Assembly: GCA_043732185.1 (NCBI GenBank)
Contig: JAYTHY010000138.1
Location: 1-48,477 of the forward strand
Origin: Fibrobacteria bacterium
GTDB lineage: Bacteria > Fibrobacterota > Fibrobacteria > UBA11236
Length of the DNA stretch: 48,477 nucleotides
Direction: 5' to 3'
Part shown: positions 19,922 to 29,987 of the stretch, piece after piece
Layout: each line of letters begins with the position of its first letter
Position numbering within the stretch: position 1 is the stretch's first letter
Program-made: the position numbers and the translations under genes
Notes under the pieces: model-generated
Told to the model about the DNA's origin: nothing
What the model saw: the letters and a program-made list of their open reading frames with translations, nothing else
Databases searched by the model: none

Positions 19922-21222
19922 TGCATCCGCTTCGAATTCAACTTTTTTCGTCTGTCATAGTCTTGTTTGCATTATTCATAGTTGTCACGACTTATGCGCA
20001 AGCAGGTTTGTCACCCAGTTCGAGCGCAGGTTATGTTGAGAATGACGGCGACGATCGTAAAATCCTACTTACCAGTATCCTTCCCGATCTTAAAGTGTTT
20101 GTCGACGTGGATCCCAATCAATTGCCCTATAATTCCAATGGACAGCCACTTACAGAAGGTGAAGTGCGCCAAGCCGTTTATCTTGGCATAGGGAATTGGG
20201 CGAGTGTATTACCTGACATGCATTTCCACATTGTACTTTCCCCCGATTCAGCCAATCTTGTTTTCCGATTTAGAAATTATGAGGGCTATATTCCAGGACG
20301 CTCTACGGCCGTAGCATTTCTTCCGCAGCAGTGGCGGCCGAAACGACCGGCAGCCGGAGCTTTTAATTTTTCCTGTGGCGCACAAGTTTGGGGCAAGCTG
20401 CCCTCAGGCCTGCCGTGTAGTGAAACTGCCAACAACATCATTTTGTTCCAAATCCGAGGATTAGCGTTTCATGGCATCGACTACCTTGACGCCAAAATGC
20501 ATTATGAATATCTAGCATCCATGACAGACAGAAAGGACCCCCGCAAACGCTTTTTTCGTTTCCTGCCCGATGCACATTATCAGCGCTGGCCCCCTGACAG
20601 GACTACTTGCGTATCGGGTGTTGCCAGTAATGACAGTATTCCTGCATGGGATGTCCAGTGCTTAGCAGATTCCGATTGGGCTGCTCTAAAGCACTATCGC
20701 GAATTTGGACGGGAGCAGGGACCATACGACATTTCTCAAATGGTACAGCACGAGATGGGGCACACTTTACTCGGCTCGCATACTTGTGAATCCGGGCGAT
20801 GCCTATTATTGACTGGAGGCGCTTATGTTGACTTGGCTAGGGATCCTGTTTTCAAATCAGAGGATGCAATAAGAAAAGCCCATTGGAATCAGTCTACCTC
20901 CGGCCTGGACTCTTCCAGCTTTTCCATACTATTTAATGGCAACGGGCTCGATGCTTCATGGAACTGCCGTGGGGTCTTTGAAATCGATGCTAGGTGGCTT
21001 GCATCGGGATCCTTGGACTGGAATTGTGCACCCACAGGAAATTGGCACGGGTATCACACAAGTTATCCTAAAGTGAACGGCTGGATCGTCCTATGCAATC
21101 GGGCTGGGGAGACAAAATACCTCGATGATTGGCATTATGCGCACCGCCTTATGACTTGGCCCCTAAGCAGTGGAAAACCGGTAAAAGTTGAATGGTTCCA
21201 GACCGGAATTATTCTGAAATAA
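19921..21222 (+). CDS. Secreted zincin metallopeptidase (matrixin-like)
   Basis: Signal peptide; HEMGHTLLGSH zinc motif; AVYLGIGNWAS...ANLVFRF matrixin-like segment. Confidence 0.7.
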   Translation: MHPLRIQLFSSVIVLFALFIVVTTYAQAGLSPSSSAGYVENDGDDRKILLTSILPDLKVFVDVDPNQLPYNSNGQPLTEGEVRQAVYLGIGNWASVLPDMHFHIVLSPDSANLVFRFRNYEGYIPGRSTAVAFLPQQWRPKRPAAGAFNFSCGAQVWGKLPSGLPCSETANNIILFQIRGLAFHGIDYLDAKMHYEYLASMTDRKDPRKRFFRFLPDAHYQRWPPDRTTCVSGVASNDSIPAWDVQCLADSDWAALKHYREFGREQGPYDISQMVQHEMGHTLLGSHTCESGRCLLLTGGAYVDLARDPVFKSEDAIRKAHWNQSTSGLDSSSFSILFNGNGLDASWNCRGVFEIDARWLASGSLDWNCAPTGNWHGYHTSYPKVNGWIVLCNRAGETKYLDDWHYAHRLMTWPLSSGKPVKVEWFQTGIILK

Positions 21223-21272
21223 GCGCTTGTAGCCACGTAGGGCGGAGCCAGCGCAGGTGAGTAAATCCCGCC

Positions 21273-21590
21273 TTAAGATTTTAACAAGACAACTCCCAGA
21301 TGCTTCTGTGACTCCACGCTCACCAAGCTCAACATCTGCCCCAGCGTGTCCACATCCACATCATACATGTACGCACACATGCTGGCGCCCAGCAGCATGA
21401 TATACGCCAGGCGTTTGTTGCGATGCAGTGCTTCCCGCCCAGGATAGGCTCGCCGCAAACCATTTCTCGGTACCACAATCATCGACTGTGGCAATCGTCG
21501 AATGCTTCGCCCCCTGGAGCGATTGTGCGCAAGCTTATGTGCCATGCGCTTGGCCAAGCGAATTCGATGCTGTTCTTCTTCATCGTACAT
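21273..21590 (-). CDS. Small basic hypothetical protein (105 aa)
   Basis: GGAGG 7 nt before ATG 21590; no family recognised. Confidence 0.5.
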   Translation of the reverse strand: MYDEEEQHRIRLAKRMAHKLAHNRSRGRSIRRLPQSMIVVPRNGLRRAYPGREALHRNKRLAYIMLLGASMCAYMYDVDVDTLGQMLSLVSVESQKHLGVVLLKS

Positions 21591-21774
21591 GGACAAACCT
21601 CCGCATCCCTTTAGTCGGCCCTTGGGAGCGCCCATTCATTCTACCCGGTCTGCCCTGGCAATTCAAACTCCATCGTCATGTAGCATTGTGGGTTTGTGGA
21701 CTTGTTTGCTGTTTGCGCGGAGATTGCTCCAAAGTCGCAAATCTCCAGCTTGGAAAGACGGGGTGAGGTAGACC

Positions 21775-21801
21775 TATAACATACTGTAATAGTATGGTAT
21801 A
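21775..21801. promoter_or_regulatory. 11-5-11 inverted repeat, putative operator
   Basis: TATAACATACT-gtaat-AGTATGGTATA with one mismatch, in the divergent intergenic region. Confidence 0.5.
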
Positions 21802-21937
21802 TCAGATTAAAATATTGGCTAAAAATCAATAAATATGGCGCTTTTAGTATGAGTTACTCGGATTTGGATGGCTTTTGGCTGATAAACCTTCTTAAACACT
21901 AGGAATAAGCAAAGGCATTATTATATTTAGTCGTACT

Positions 21938-24289
21938 ATGCAAAACGCACACCCATCTCCAGCTCCAGTAGGGGACCTCGTGACGTCCGAGGCCGCCCAA
22001 ATTTGGAAAGCCAAACTTTCCGATAAACTCGATCCAAAATGGCGCGAGGACATCGACAACTTTGAAACCGATATCCTTTTGAAAAAACGCGGCAAGATAG
22101 AAGACCGTGTGTTTGCGGAAACCCGTTTGCGCATGGGCGCCTATGGTCAGCGCTATGACAATGGCAATCGCCATGACGGAACGGTCAGTCGCAAAATTCC
22201 TTTTCCTACCGACTTGAACAAGGGTCCGGAAACGGCCTGGGATGCTCCCGGCATGGAACGTATTAAGTTGCCGTGGGGCGGCATGAATCCGGCCCAGATG
22301 GACGTGTTCGCGGATTTGGCGGAAGAGTATTCCGATAGCATTTGCCATATCACCACACGCCAGGACATCCAGCTCCATTACATCCATATCGAGAACTGCC
22401 CTTCCATGTTCCGGCGCTTGGCGGCAGTGGACATCACCACCCGTGAGGCTTGCGGAAACTCCGTCCGCAATGTTACCGCTTGCCCCATCGCTGGTGTTTG
22501 CCGCGACGAGGCTTTCGACGTAACCGGTTATGCCAATGCGGTTTTCAAATATTTGCTCGGCCATCCTGATGTGCAGGACTTCGGCCGCAAATTCAAAATC
22601 GCCTTGTCCGGTTGCAAGCACAATCCATGCGGCCTCACCAACATCCACGACTTAGGCTTAACAGCCGTGGTACGCCCTCAAGCGGATGGAACGGTCAAAC
22701 GCGGGTTCGAATATGTGGTAGGCGGGGGCCTGGGCGCCGTCACCTATGACGCCAAATTGTTTTCCGATTTTGTACCAGAAGAAGAGGTGCTGGGCTTGAC
22801 CCAAGCCGTCTGCCGCGTGTACGCGCGCCTGGGCGAAAAGAAAAAGCGCCATCGCGCCCGCATCAAATTCCTGGTCGCGGATTTGGGTATCGACAAATTC
22901 CGTGAGGAAGTGCTTGAAGAAAGAGCCAAGTTGCCGCACGACCCACGCTGGACGGAGTTTTTAGCCACGCTTCCCAAGTTCGAGGAAAAGCCCCTGCGTC
23001 CCGCCGGTAAAGGCATTCCCAAAACCTCGGATGCGGCTTTCGACTTCTGGTGTCTTACAAACGTCTATCCGCAGAAGCAGGACGGTTATGTTACCGTAAC
23101 AGTTACGTTACCGATGGGCGACATCACCTCCAACCAGATGCGGGCCCTGGCCGATATCGCGCGCAAGTATCTCAAGGACACGCTGCGCACCACTGTCGAA
23201 CAGAATATCGTGATGCGCTGGGTCAGCGAAACCGATACATACAACCTTTACCAAGACCTCAAAGCCGTTGACCTCGCCGAAGCCGGGGCGGCCTCCATCG
23301 TAGACATCACCGCCTGCCCGGGCACGGACACTTGCAAACTGGGCGTATCGTCTTCCCGCGGACTGGCGGCCGAACTTCGCACCCGCTTGGCCTCCAAGGC
23401 CTATGAGAGAGATGAAGCGGTCCGTAACCTGCGCATCAAAATCAGTGGCTGCTTCAATTCCTGCGCACAGCAGCATATCGCCGACATCGGTTTCTTCGGC
23501 ATCAGCCGCAATGTGGCCGGTTATATCGTGCCGCATTTCCAGATGGTGCTGGGCGGACAATTCATCAACAATGGCGGCAGTTACGGCTTGCCGGTGGGTG
23601 GCATCGCCTCCAAGGCCATTCCCGCGGTAGTTGAGCGATTGACGGACATGTTTCTTACCGGCAAGTTGAAGTCGGAAGGCTTTAGGGCCTGGGTGGAGCG
23701 CACCGGTAAGGGTGCCATCATGCAAGGTGTTGCCGATGTCGCTGTGGTGCCCGCCTACGAAACGGACAAGTCCTTTTATGTGGACTGGGGCAGTGTGCGC
23801 GAATACAATGTCAAAGACAAGGGCATGGGTGAATGCGCCGGTGAAGTGGTCTCGTTGACCGAATTCGGACTTAAGGCTGCGGACCGGGAAGTTTTCGAGG
23901 CCCAACTTCGCTATGATACCGGCGATATCGAAGGGGGTGCCAAGCGTGCTTTCACGGCCATGGTGCTGGCCGCCCAGGGTTTGATCAAAGCCTACAATAT
24001 CGACATTTCCCAGGATCCGGAATTGGTAATGGCTGAATTCAAGGAACGTTTTTACGATACACAGCTATTTCACGATCCCTTTGCCGGACCACGCTTCGCG
24101 CAACTTTATTTCCAAGCCCACGAAGCGCGTAATAGCCAATTGGACAAGGAAAAGGTGCAGCGGCTTTTGCAAGAAGCGACGCTCTTTATCGAGGCGTCCC
24201 ATAGCTGTTACCTGCGCATGAGCATCAGCAATAGCAATAACCAGACACAAACCGGACTGCTAAAAAAAACGACGGCCAAACCCGCTTAA
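21938..24289 (+). CDS. Siroheme nitrite/sulfite reductase with C-terminal helical (HEPN-like) extension
   Basis: HITTRQDIQ, EACGNSVRN, RKFKIA, ACPGTDTC and SGCFNSC siroheme/4Fe-4S motifs. Confidence 0.92.
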   Translation: MQNAHPSPAPVGDLVTSEAAQIWKAKLSDKLDPKWREDIDNFETDILLKKRGKIEDRVFAETRLRMGAYGQRYDNGNRHDGTVSRKIPFPTDLNKGPETAWDAPGMERIKLPWGGMNPAQMDVFADLAEEYSDSICHITTRQDIQLHYIHIENCPSMFRRLAAVDITTREACGNSVRNVTACPIAGVCRDEAFDVTGYANAVFKYLLGHPDVQDFGRKFKIALSGCKHNPCGLTNIHDLGLTAVVRPQADGTVKRGFEYVVGGGLGAVTYDAKLFSDFVPEEEVLGLTQAVCRVYARLGEKKKRHRARIKFLVADLGIDKFREEVLEERAKLPHDPRWTEFLATLPKFEEKPLRPAGKGIPKTSDAAFDFWCLTNVYPQKQDGYVTVTVTLPMGDITSNQMRALADIARKYLKDTLRTTVEQNIVMRWVSETDTYNLYQDLKAVDLAEAGAASIVDITACPGTDTCKLGVSSSRGLAAELRTRLASKAYERDEAVRNLRIKISGCFNSCAQQHIADIGFFGISRNVAGYIVPHFQMVLGGQFINNGGSYGLPVGGIASKAIPAVVERLTDMFLTGKLKSEGFRAWVERTGKGAIMQGVADVAVVPAYETDKSFYVDWGSVREYNVKDKGMGECAGEVVSLTEFGLKAADREVFEAQLRYDTGDIEGGAKRAFTAMVLAAQGLIKAYNIDISQDPELVMAEFKERFYDTQLFHDPFAGPRFAQLYFQAHEARNSQLDKEKVQRLLQEATLFIEASHSCYLRMSISNSNNQTQTGLLKKTTAKPA

Positions 24290-24314
24290 GCAGCTGGACC
24301 GCGCAAGGAAAATC

Positions 24315-24887
24315 ATGAATCTGCAATACATCAATTGGAAGCTGCATCTCGACAATCCCGCCGAGGCCGAGCCGGACGAATTTTTTAAGGTATTCAGCTC
24401 CTGGATACCGGAATCTTCGGAAGTCTTCATCGACGTGGCGGACTATCAGCACGTGCAGGACGGCCCGGTAACGTTGTTGGTGGGCCATTATGTGAACTAT
24501 TCGCTGGACCAAACGGGTCGCCGACTAGGATTACTGGCCGATTACAAGCAGCCTTTGGAGGGTGACAACGGAGACAAGCTCGCGTCGACCTTGCTAGGGC
24601 TACTGCGGGTTGCCAAACGGCTGGAGGATGAGCCAGGCTTTAGCCATAAGCCCCGGTTCCATTCCGGAGATTTAATGTTCATCGTCAATAGCCGGGCCTT
24701 GGCTCCCAATACGGCCGAAACGTTTGCGGCCGTAAAACAGGATGTGATGCAGGTGCTGGAAAAAGCCTATGGTCAAGGCCAGGTCACCCTAGAGCATCGC
24801 ATCGACCCTCGCCAGCGGTTCATGGTGCAGGTTGTCGTGAAGGGTTCTCCCAGCCTGAATGAGGTATTGGCCCGCCTTTTACCCTGA
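24315..24887 (+). CDS. Hypothetical protein co-transcribed with the reductase
   Basis: AAGGA RBS, coding-like codon usage, IDVADYQHV-GP motif. Confidence 0.8.
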   Translation: MNLQYINWKLHLDNPAEAEPDEFFKVFSSWIPESSEVFIDVADYQHVQDGPVTLLVGHYVNYSLDQTGRRLGLLADYKQPLEGDNGDKLASTLLGLLRVAKRLEDEPGFSHKPRFHSGDLMFIVNSRALAPNTAETFAAVKQDVMQVLEKAYGQGQVTLEHRIDPRQRFMVQVVVKGSPSLNEVLARLLP

Positions 24888-25078
24888 AATAGGCGATAAA
24901 GGCCCGATTTTTCCTGCTGTGGAATAAAATTCATAACCCCGGTTCCAGCTTCCCATAGTATATTTAGCCACAATCAGTTACCTGGACATTCGCTTTGAAT
25001 GGGCCGGGAGCCTGCTCGTAACGCGGAGCCCAGCTTGTTTTGCAGGGTAACGGATGTGTTCAAAAGAAGGAAATTCAG

Positions 25079-25435
25079 ATGAATATTTATGTCAGCAATA
25101 TACCCTACCAAACTACCGAAGAAGAAATGCGCGATGCATTTGCAGCCTTTGGGACTGTGAGTTCTGCCCGCATCATCAAGGACAAGATGTCGGGAAAGTC
25201 ACGGGGATTTGGATTTGTGGAAATGGGCAATGACGAGGAAGCCCGCAAAGCCCTTGAGGGGATGAACGGAGCGGAATTGTCCGGTCGCAAGATCAATGCC
25301 CGTGAAGCGCGGCCTAGAGAAGAGGGGCCTGGTGGGGGCAATGGCGGTGGAAATAGTGGTGGAAATAGTGGTGGATATCGTGGTCAGGACAATCGGCCTA
25401 ACACCAGTCCCATAACCAATCGCGGCACATACTGA
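25079..25435 (+). CDS. RRM (RNP-1) RNA-binding protein with Gly-rich tail
   Basis: MNIYVSNIP (RNP-2), RGFGFVEM (RNP-1); AAGG RBS; 12-nt repeats at 25346-25381 encode GGNS/GGYR. Confidence 0.95.
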   Translation: MNIYVSNIPYQTTEEEMRDAFAAFGTVSSARIIKDKMSGKSRGFGFVEMGNDEEARKALEGMNGAELSGRKINAREARPREEGPGGGNGGGNSGGNSGGYRGQDNRPNTSPITNRGTY

Positions 25436-25478
25436 GCTTAAGCCCCCTTTAACGCATTCATATTTTTATGTTTCCCCT

Positions 25479-26699
25479 ATGCCTACTGGTGATCCACTGT
25501 CCGTATTAGAGGAAACTGAACTTGAGTCGGGAGTTAAAGCCCCGGCTCGCCATAGCTTTTTTCTCAGCACTCCGCGCAATTTGGAGCCTCTCCTGGAGGC
25601 CGAGTTGCGGGAGCTTGGCATTGCCGATGTCAAGGCCACCTATCTTGGTGTAGAAGCCCGCCTATCCCGTGAAGAGGTTTACCGCGTCGTGTATTGCTCG
25701 CGGCTTGCTTCGCGTGTGCTACGGCCACTGGCAAGTTTTCCATGCCATGACCCAGATGAGCTCTACGATCATGCCGTCAAGTTCAACTGGGGCCGAATCC
25801 TCAAGGAAGGTCAGACTCTGAAGGTCTCGGCTTCGGTATCGGATTCCGCCATCACCCATAGCCAATACGCGGCCCTTAAACTCAAAGACGCCGTTGTGGA
25901 CAATATGCGGGAACGCACCGGAGCGCGCCCTTCCATCGACAAGGAAACACCGGACGTGCGCCTCAATCTTTTCCTGCGGAAGGATTTGGCCACCATCAGT
26001 CTTTATTATTCCGATGGCATCATGCATCGCCGTGGTTATCGCATCCAAACCGTTGAGGCACCGCTCAAGGAAAATCTGGCGGCGGCCGTACTCCTGTTTG
26101 CTGGGTGGAAAGGTGAAACGCCACTAACGGATCTGTTTTGCGGAAGCGGTACGTTTTTAATCGAAGCCGCCATGATCGCCACCCATACTCCGGGCGGTTA
26201 TTTCCGCGAGATCCAAGGTTTTGAAACCTTGCCCGATTTCTCCGAAGAGATTTGGGCAAAAGTCAAAAGCGAAACCGACAAACGGATCCGGCCCTTACCC
26301 AAAGGCCTCATCACGGGCGTGGACATCAGCGCGCGAGCCATGGCGGCCACGCGTGCCAATCTTGCCAAAACGCGTTATGCCGAAGCGATCAAATTGGTGC
26401 AAAAAGATTTCGTCAAACTGGAAGGCCCTCTGTCGGGCCGAACTCTGGTAGCCAATCCACCATACGGTGTTCGATTGGAAGACACTAAAGAGCATCTAGT
26501 CGAGTTGTACAAGTCCTTGGGTCAATTTCTCAAGACCAAATGCCCGGATTCCAAAGCCTATGTCATGGTTCCGGATGCGGAATTGGAAAACCAGATTTGG
26601 TTCAAGCCGGAGCGCCGATTGGTCATCGACAATGGCGCGCTGGAAGTTGCCGTGGCGGAATACGCCATACTTGCAGCGACTGAAAAGGGCGATGCCTGA
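25479..26699 (+). CDS. THUMP-domain RNA m2G methyltransferase (RlmL-like)
   Basis: SRLASRV, MHRRGYR, APLKENLAAA, DLFCGSGT and NPPYG motifs. Confidence 0.9.
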   Translation: MPTGDPLSVLEETELESGVKAPARHSFFLSTPRNLEPLLEAELRELGIADVKATYLGVEARLSREEVYRVVYCSRLASRVLRPLASFPCHDPDELYDHAVKFNWGRILKEGQTLKVSASVSDSAITHSQYAALKLKDAVVDNMRERTGARPSIDKETPDVRLNLFLRKDLATISLYYSDGIMHRRGYRIQTVEAPLKENLAAAVLLFAGWKGETPLTDLFCGSGTFLIEAAMIATHTPGGYFREIQGFETLPDFSEEIWAKVKSETDKRIRPLPKGLITGVDISARAMAATRANLAKTRYAEAIKLVQKDFVKLEGPLSGRTLVANPPYGVRLEDTKEHLVELYKSLGQFLKTKCPDSKAYVMVPDAELENQIWFKPERRLVIDNGALEVAVAEYAILAATEKGDA

Positions 26700-26752
26700 C
26701 AAGGGAATTCCAGGAATTTATTTTACCCCAAGAGGCCGAAGATAGAATCGGC

Positions 26753-27943
26753 ATGGAGCTCAAAGGTTACCCAGCAGTTACCTTACCCCTTTCGGAATGC
26801 GCAGGACGAATACTGCGGGAGCCTATCGCCGCGGACAGGTCCCAGCCTCCTTTCGATAGGGTGGCCATGGACGGCATTGCCATTGCATCAGCAGCCTATG
26901 TAAAGGGCCAGAGGCGATTCTGGATTGAGGGGATGCAAAAAGCCGGTGAGCCGCAGCGCCAACTGGCTTCGCAGGAAGGCTGTTTGGAAGTCATGACCGG
27001 CGCCGTGTTGCCGCATGGAGTGGACTGCGTGGTTCCGGTGGAAGAGATTTCTGTTTCGGAAGGATATGCCACCTTACTAGAAACAGCCAAAGGCGGGCGG
27101 GCCGTGTCACCTCCCAAACCCAACAAGCATGTGCATCTGGCCGGATCCGATTGTGCCGCTGGAGATATCATTGTTCCAGCCGGCCTCAATTTAACCGCCC
27201 CTCACTTGGGTGCGGCCGCGGCCTTTGGATGCTCGACTTTACAAGTTGCCTATGCACCATCTGTGACGATTGTAGCCACTGGAGATGAGCTCGTCGATCC
27301 TTCCGCAGAGCCTCTGGGCCATCAGATTCGCAAAAGCAATCCCTACGCGATTGCAGCCGCACTCCAGCGATGTGGTGTAGATAGAATCACCCATTTGCAT
27401 GCCCCGGATGAGCGCGACTTACTCAGGAAATGTATTGAGAGCCAGCTGGGGAATTGCGACATGCTGATTTTGACCGGCGGCGTGTCCATGGGCAAACTCG
27501 ATTTTGTCCCGGGAGTGTTGGCAGACTTGGGTATTCGTGCCAGTTTCCATAAGATAAGACATAAGCCCGGCAAGCCATTCTGGTTTGGCGTGGGACCCAA
27601 TGGACTTCCGGTATTCGCCTTGCCGGGAAACCCCGCTTCCGTGCTCGTTTGCTTATGTCGATATGTTTTGCCTGCTTTACGAAAAGCTATGGGAGGAAAG
27701 ACGCCCGAACCCTTGATGGCGGCGTTGGATCACGATCTTCCCGCTCCCGGGAACTTGACGCATTTTCGGCCGGTTACGCTTTTGCCCTCCTTAGCAGGTA
27801 GGCTACAGGTTACCCCTGTTTCCCATCAAGGATCCGGAGATTTTTCAGGCTGGGCCAAGGCGGACGGTTTTATTGAACTGCCTCCAGGAGATGCGCTTTT
27901 GACGGCGGGAAGCTTGGTCAGGTTTTGGTCTTGGCCAGCTTGA
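26753..27943 (+). CDS. moeA: Molybdopterin molybdenumtransferase; true start probably further upstream
   Basis: PPFDRVAMDG, VMTGA, TGDEL, TGGVSMG, KPGKP and LPGNP motifs. Confidence 0.93.
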   Translation: MELKGYPAVTLPLSECAGRILREPIAADRSQPPFDRVAMDGIAIASAAYVKGQRRFWIEGMQKAGEPQRQLASQEGCLEVMTGAVLPHGVDCVVPVEEISVSEGYATLLETAKGGRAVSPPKPNKHVHLAGSDCAAGDIIVPAGLNLTAPHLGAAAAFGCSTLQVAYAPSVTIVATGDELVDPSAEPLGHQIRKSNPYAIAAALQRCGVDRITHLHAPDERDLLRKCIESQLGNCDMLILTGGVSMGKLDFVPGVLADLGIRASFHKIRHKPGKPFWFGVGPNGLPVFALPGNPASVLVCLCRYVLPALRKAMGGKTPEPLMAALDHDLPAPGNLTHFRPVTLLPSLAGRLQVTPVSHQGSGDFSGWAKADGFIELPPGDALLTAGSLVRFWSWPA

Positions 27944-28847
27944 TATCGCGGAAGGAATCGTCCACCGGGTCGAGATGAATATTTAAAACCCACTGGCTCT
28001 TTTCCAATTTCCGGATGCGCATTTCAATTTCATCAGCGATATGGTGGGCTTCGCGCAAAGTGATGTCTTCATCGAACACCAGATGGAATTCTACGAAATT
28101 GGTGCTTCCGGCCCGCCTGGTTTTAAGCTCATGCACCCCATTCACCTGATCATTATGCGTGGCGGCGATCTGGCGGATTTTTTCGACTAGACTTTCTTCC
28201 AAGGCATGGTCCAGCAGCATATCCAACCCTTGTCGCAACAGCGGGAGGGACGCTTTGGCGACAAAGAGGGAAACCCCCACGGCGATTAAGGGGTCGACCC
28301 AATTCCAATGGGTATACCGGATGACAAGAAGCGCGACAAGAATGCCGCCGTTGGAAAGCAAGTCCACTTGATAATGAGCGGTATCGGCTTTGACGATCAA
28401 GTTTCCGGATTGGGCGGACATTTTTTTTAAAAATGCAACCAGGACAAAAGTCACAACCAGCGAGAAAGCCATGGCCATCAGAGCATAATTCAAATGCTGT
28501 AAGCTTATGTCTATGGAGGGAGAGAAAAATTTTAGAACCGCAGCTCGCAGGATATACAGGGCCGAGGCTAGGATAAATAGGCCTTCCAAAAGGGAAGCCA
28601 CGCCATCGATTTTTCCACGGCCGTAATTATAAACTTCATCGCTGGGTTTTTCCGAAGTGCGCACGGCATAGGCATTAAAAGCCGAGACCATAAAGTCCAG
28701 CAAAGAATCCACGGCTGACGCCAAGACCATGACCGTGCCCGTAGAGAGGCCTACTGCTGTTTTGACCAGAATGAGCAGAAGCGCTGCAGAGGAAGCTGCT
28801 AGCGTAGCCTTGCGCGGGGCGCTCCAGGATGGGTTTGAATTCGTCAT
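27918..28847 (-). CDS. Cation diffusion facilitator (FieF-like)
   Basis: ASAVDSLLD, YNYGRGK, HYQVD, ELKTRRAG and IHLDP motifs. Confidence 0.92.
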   Translation of the reverse strand: MTNSNPSWSAPRKATLAASSAALLLILVKTAVGLSTGTVMVLASAVDSLLDFMVSAFNAYAVRTSEKPSDEVYNYGRGKIDGVASLLEGLFILASALYILRAAVLKFFSPSIDISLQHLNYALMAMAFSLVVTFVLVAFLKKMSAQSGNLIVKADTAHYQVDLLSNGGILVALLVIRYTHWNWVDPLIAVGVSLFVAKASLPLLRQGLDMLLDHALEESLVEKIRQIAATHNDQVNGVHELKTRRAGSTNFVEFHLVFDEDITLREAHHIADEIEMRIRKLEKSQWVLNIHLDPVDDSFRDIKLAKTKT

Positions 28848-29977
28848 GGCTTAGTTGTTTTCGCCTCCAGAAGAATAGCTTTATATTGTCCTAGCTCTTC
28901 AAGCAAGGCTCTATCTTTGGGCCGGAGGGGTAAAGCGCGCTCCAATACCTGGACGGCGCGGTCGTTTCTACTCTGTTGATGAAATTCATAAGCTAAATTC
29001 CGAATCCCTTCCAGCCCCTCTTTATTTCCACCAGTCAAGGCATCCATATACGCGGCTTCTGCTCTATCCCACCACTTGGCATCGAAGGCCAGATTCCCCA
29101 GAAAGACCGAAGCGTCGGTGTAATCGGGTTTGATAAGCAAGGCTTTGCGTAGAAATTCTATGGCCAAAAAGGGCTTCTTATCCTGTGCCAGCACATCCGC
29201 CAGCTTGTACATGTTTTCATAATCCTTGTCGTGCAGGGCTAAGCCTTCCCGGTACGCGGCGGCCGCTTGTTCAAGATCTCCGGAGGCGCGGTACAAGTCG
29301 CCGATATAGAACAAGAAATCGATTTCAGAAGGTTTGCGCGCATAGGCCTCTCTAACCAAGGCGATGGCTGCGGGAAACTCCTTGAGCGCGGCATGTGTTT
29401 CCGCCATCTGGTATACGATGGACAGATCAGCCGGATCCAGCGTCTGTGCTTTGCTCAAAGCCTGTAAGGTGCCCACATAATCCTTGGTGCGTGTATAAGC
29501 GTCCGCCAGGTACAACCACGCGCTGGTATTTTCTGGATCGCCCACCAATGCACGGCGATAGGCGGCAATCGATTCCCCATACTGCTCCAATCGAAAAAGT
29601 ACAGCCGCCAAATTAAACAATGCTGGGAGATACTTACCATCGGTCAATCGCTCTGTTTTTCGATACGCTGCAGCCGCCTCAGGCAATTTATTCAATCGAT
29701 ACAGACAGTTTCCGATATTGAAGGAAATGGTTCCCAGGTCCGCGCCCCGCGCTTCCGCCTTGCGATACAATATCAACGCTTTGGCAAATTCGCTGCGGGC
29801 GTAAAGGCCGTTGGCACGACTAACCAAATCAACCGCGCTTTGCGGCGACACCGGCGATACCGATGACACTGGCGACACCGATGCCGCTTCAGCCGTCCCG
29901 ATTCCACTCAAACCGACTAGGGCCAGCGTCACCCACAAGACCATGCACATCGACGCCCATTTTTTAAGCAGTAACAT
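28844..29977 (-). CDS. Periplasmic TPR protein (TtpD-like position)
   Basis: Signal peptide, many TPR repeats, directly downstream of tonB. Confidence 0.88.
   Translation of the reverse strand: MLLLKKWASMCMVLWVTLALVGLSGIGTAEAASVSPVSSVSPVSPQSAVDLVSRANGLYARSEFAKALILYRKAEARGADLGTISFNIGNCLYRLNKLPEAAAAYRKTERLTDGKYLPALFNLAAVLFRLEQYGESIAAYRRALVGDPENTSAWLYLADAYTRTKDYVGTLQALSKAQTLDPADLSIVYQMAETHAALKEFPAAIALVREAYARKPSEIDFLFYIGDLYRASGDLEQAAAAYREGLALHDKDYENMYKLADVLAQDKKPFLAIEFLRKALLIKPDYTDASVFLGNLAFDAKWWDRAEAAYMDALTGGNKEGLEGIRNLAYEFHQQSRNDRAVQVLERALPLRPKDRALLEELGQYKAILLEAKTTKP
29844..29879. repeat. Imperfect 9-nt tandem repeat x4 encoding an S/P/V linker
   Basis: GGCGACACC GGCGATACC GATGACACT GGCGACACC. 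Confidence 0.6.
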
Positions 29978-29987
29978 ACCTGTTTCC

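Noticed and set aside
21899..23905. Long antisense ORFs (249 aa and 265 aa) opposite the reductase
   Set aside because: Shadow frames of a strongly biased sense gene, with no motifs
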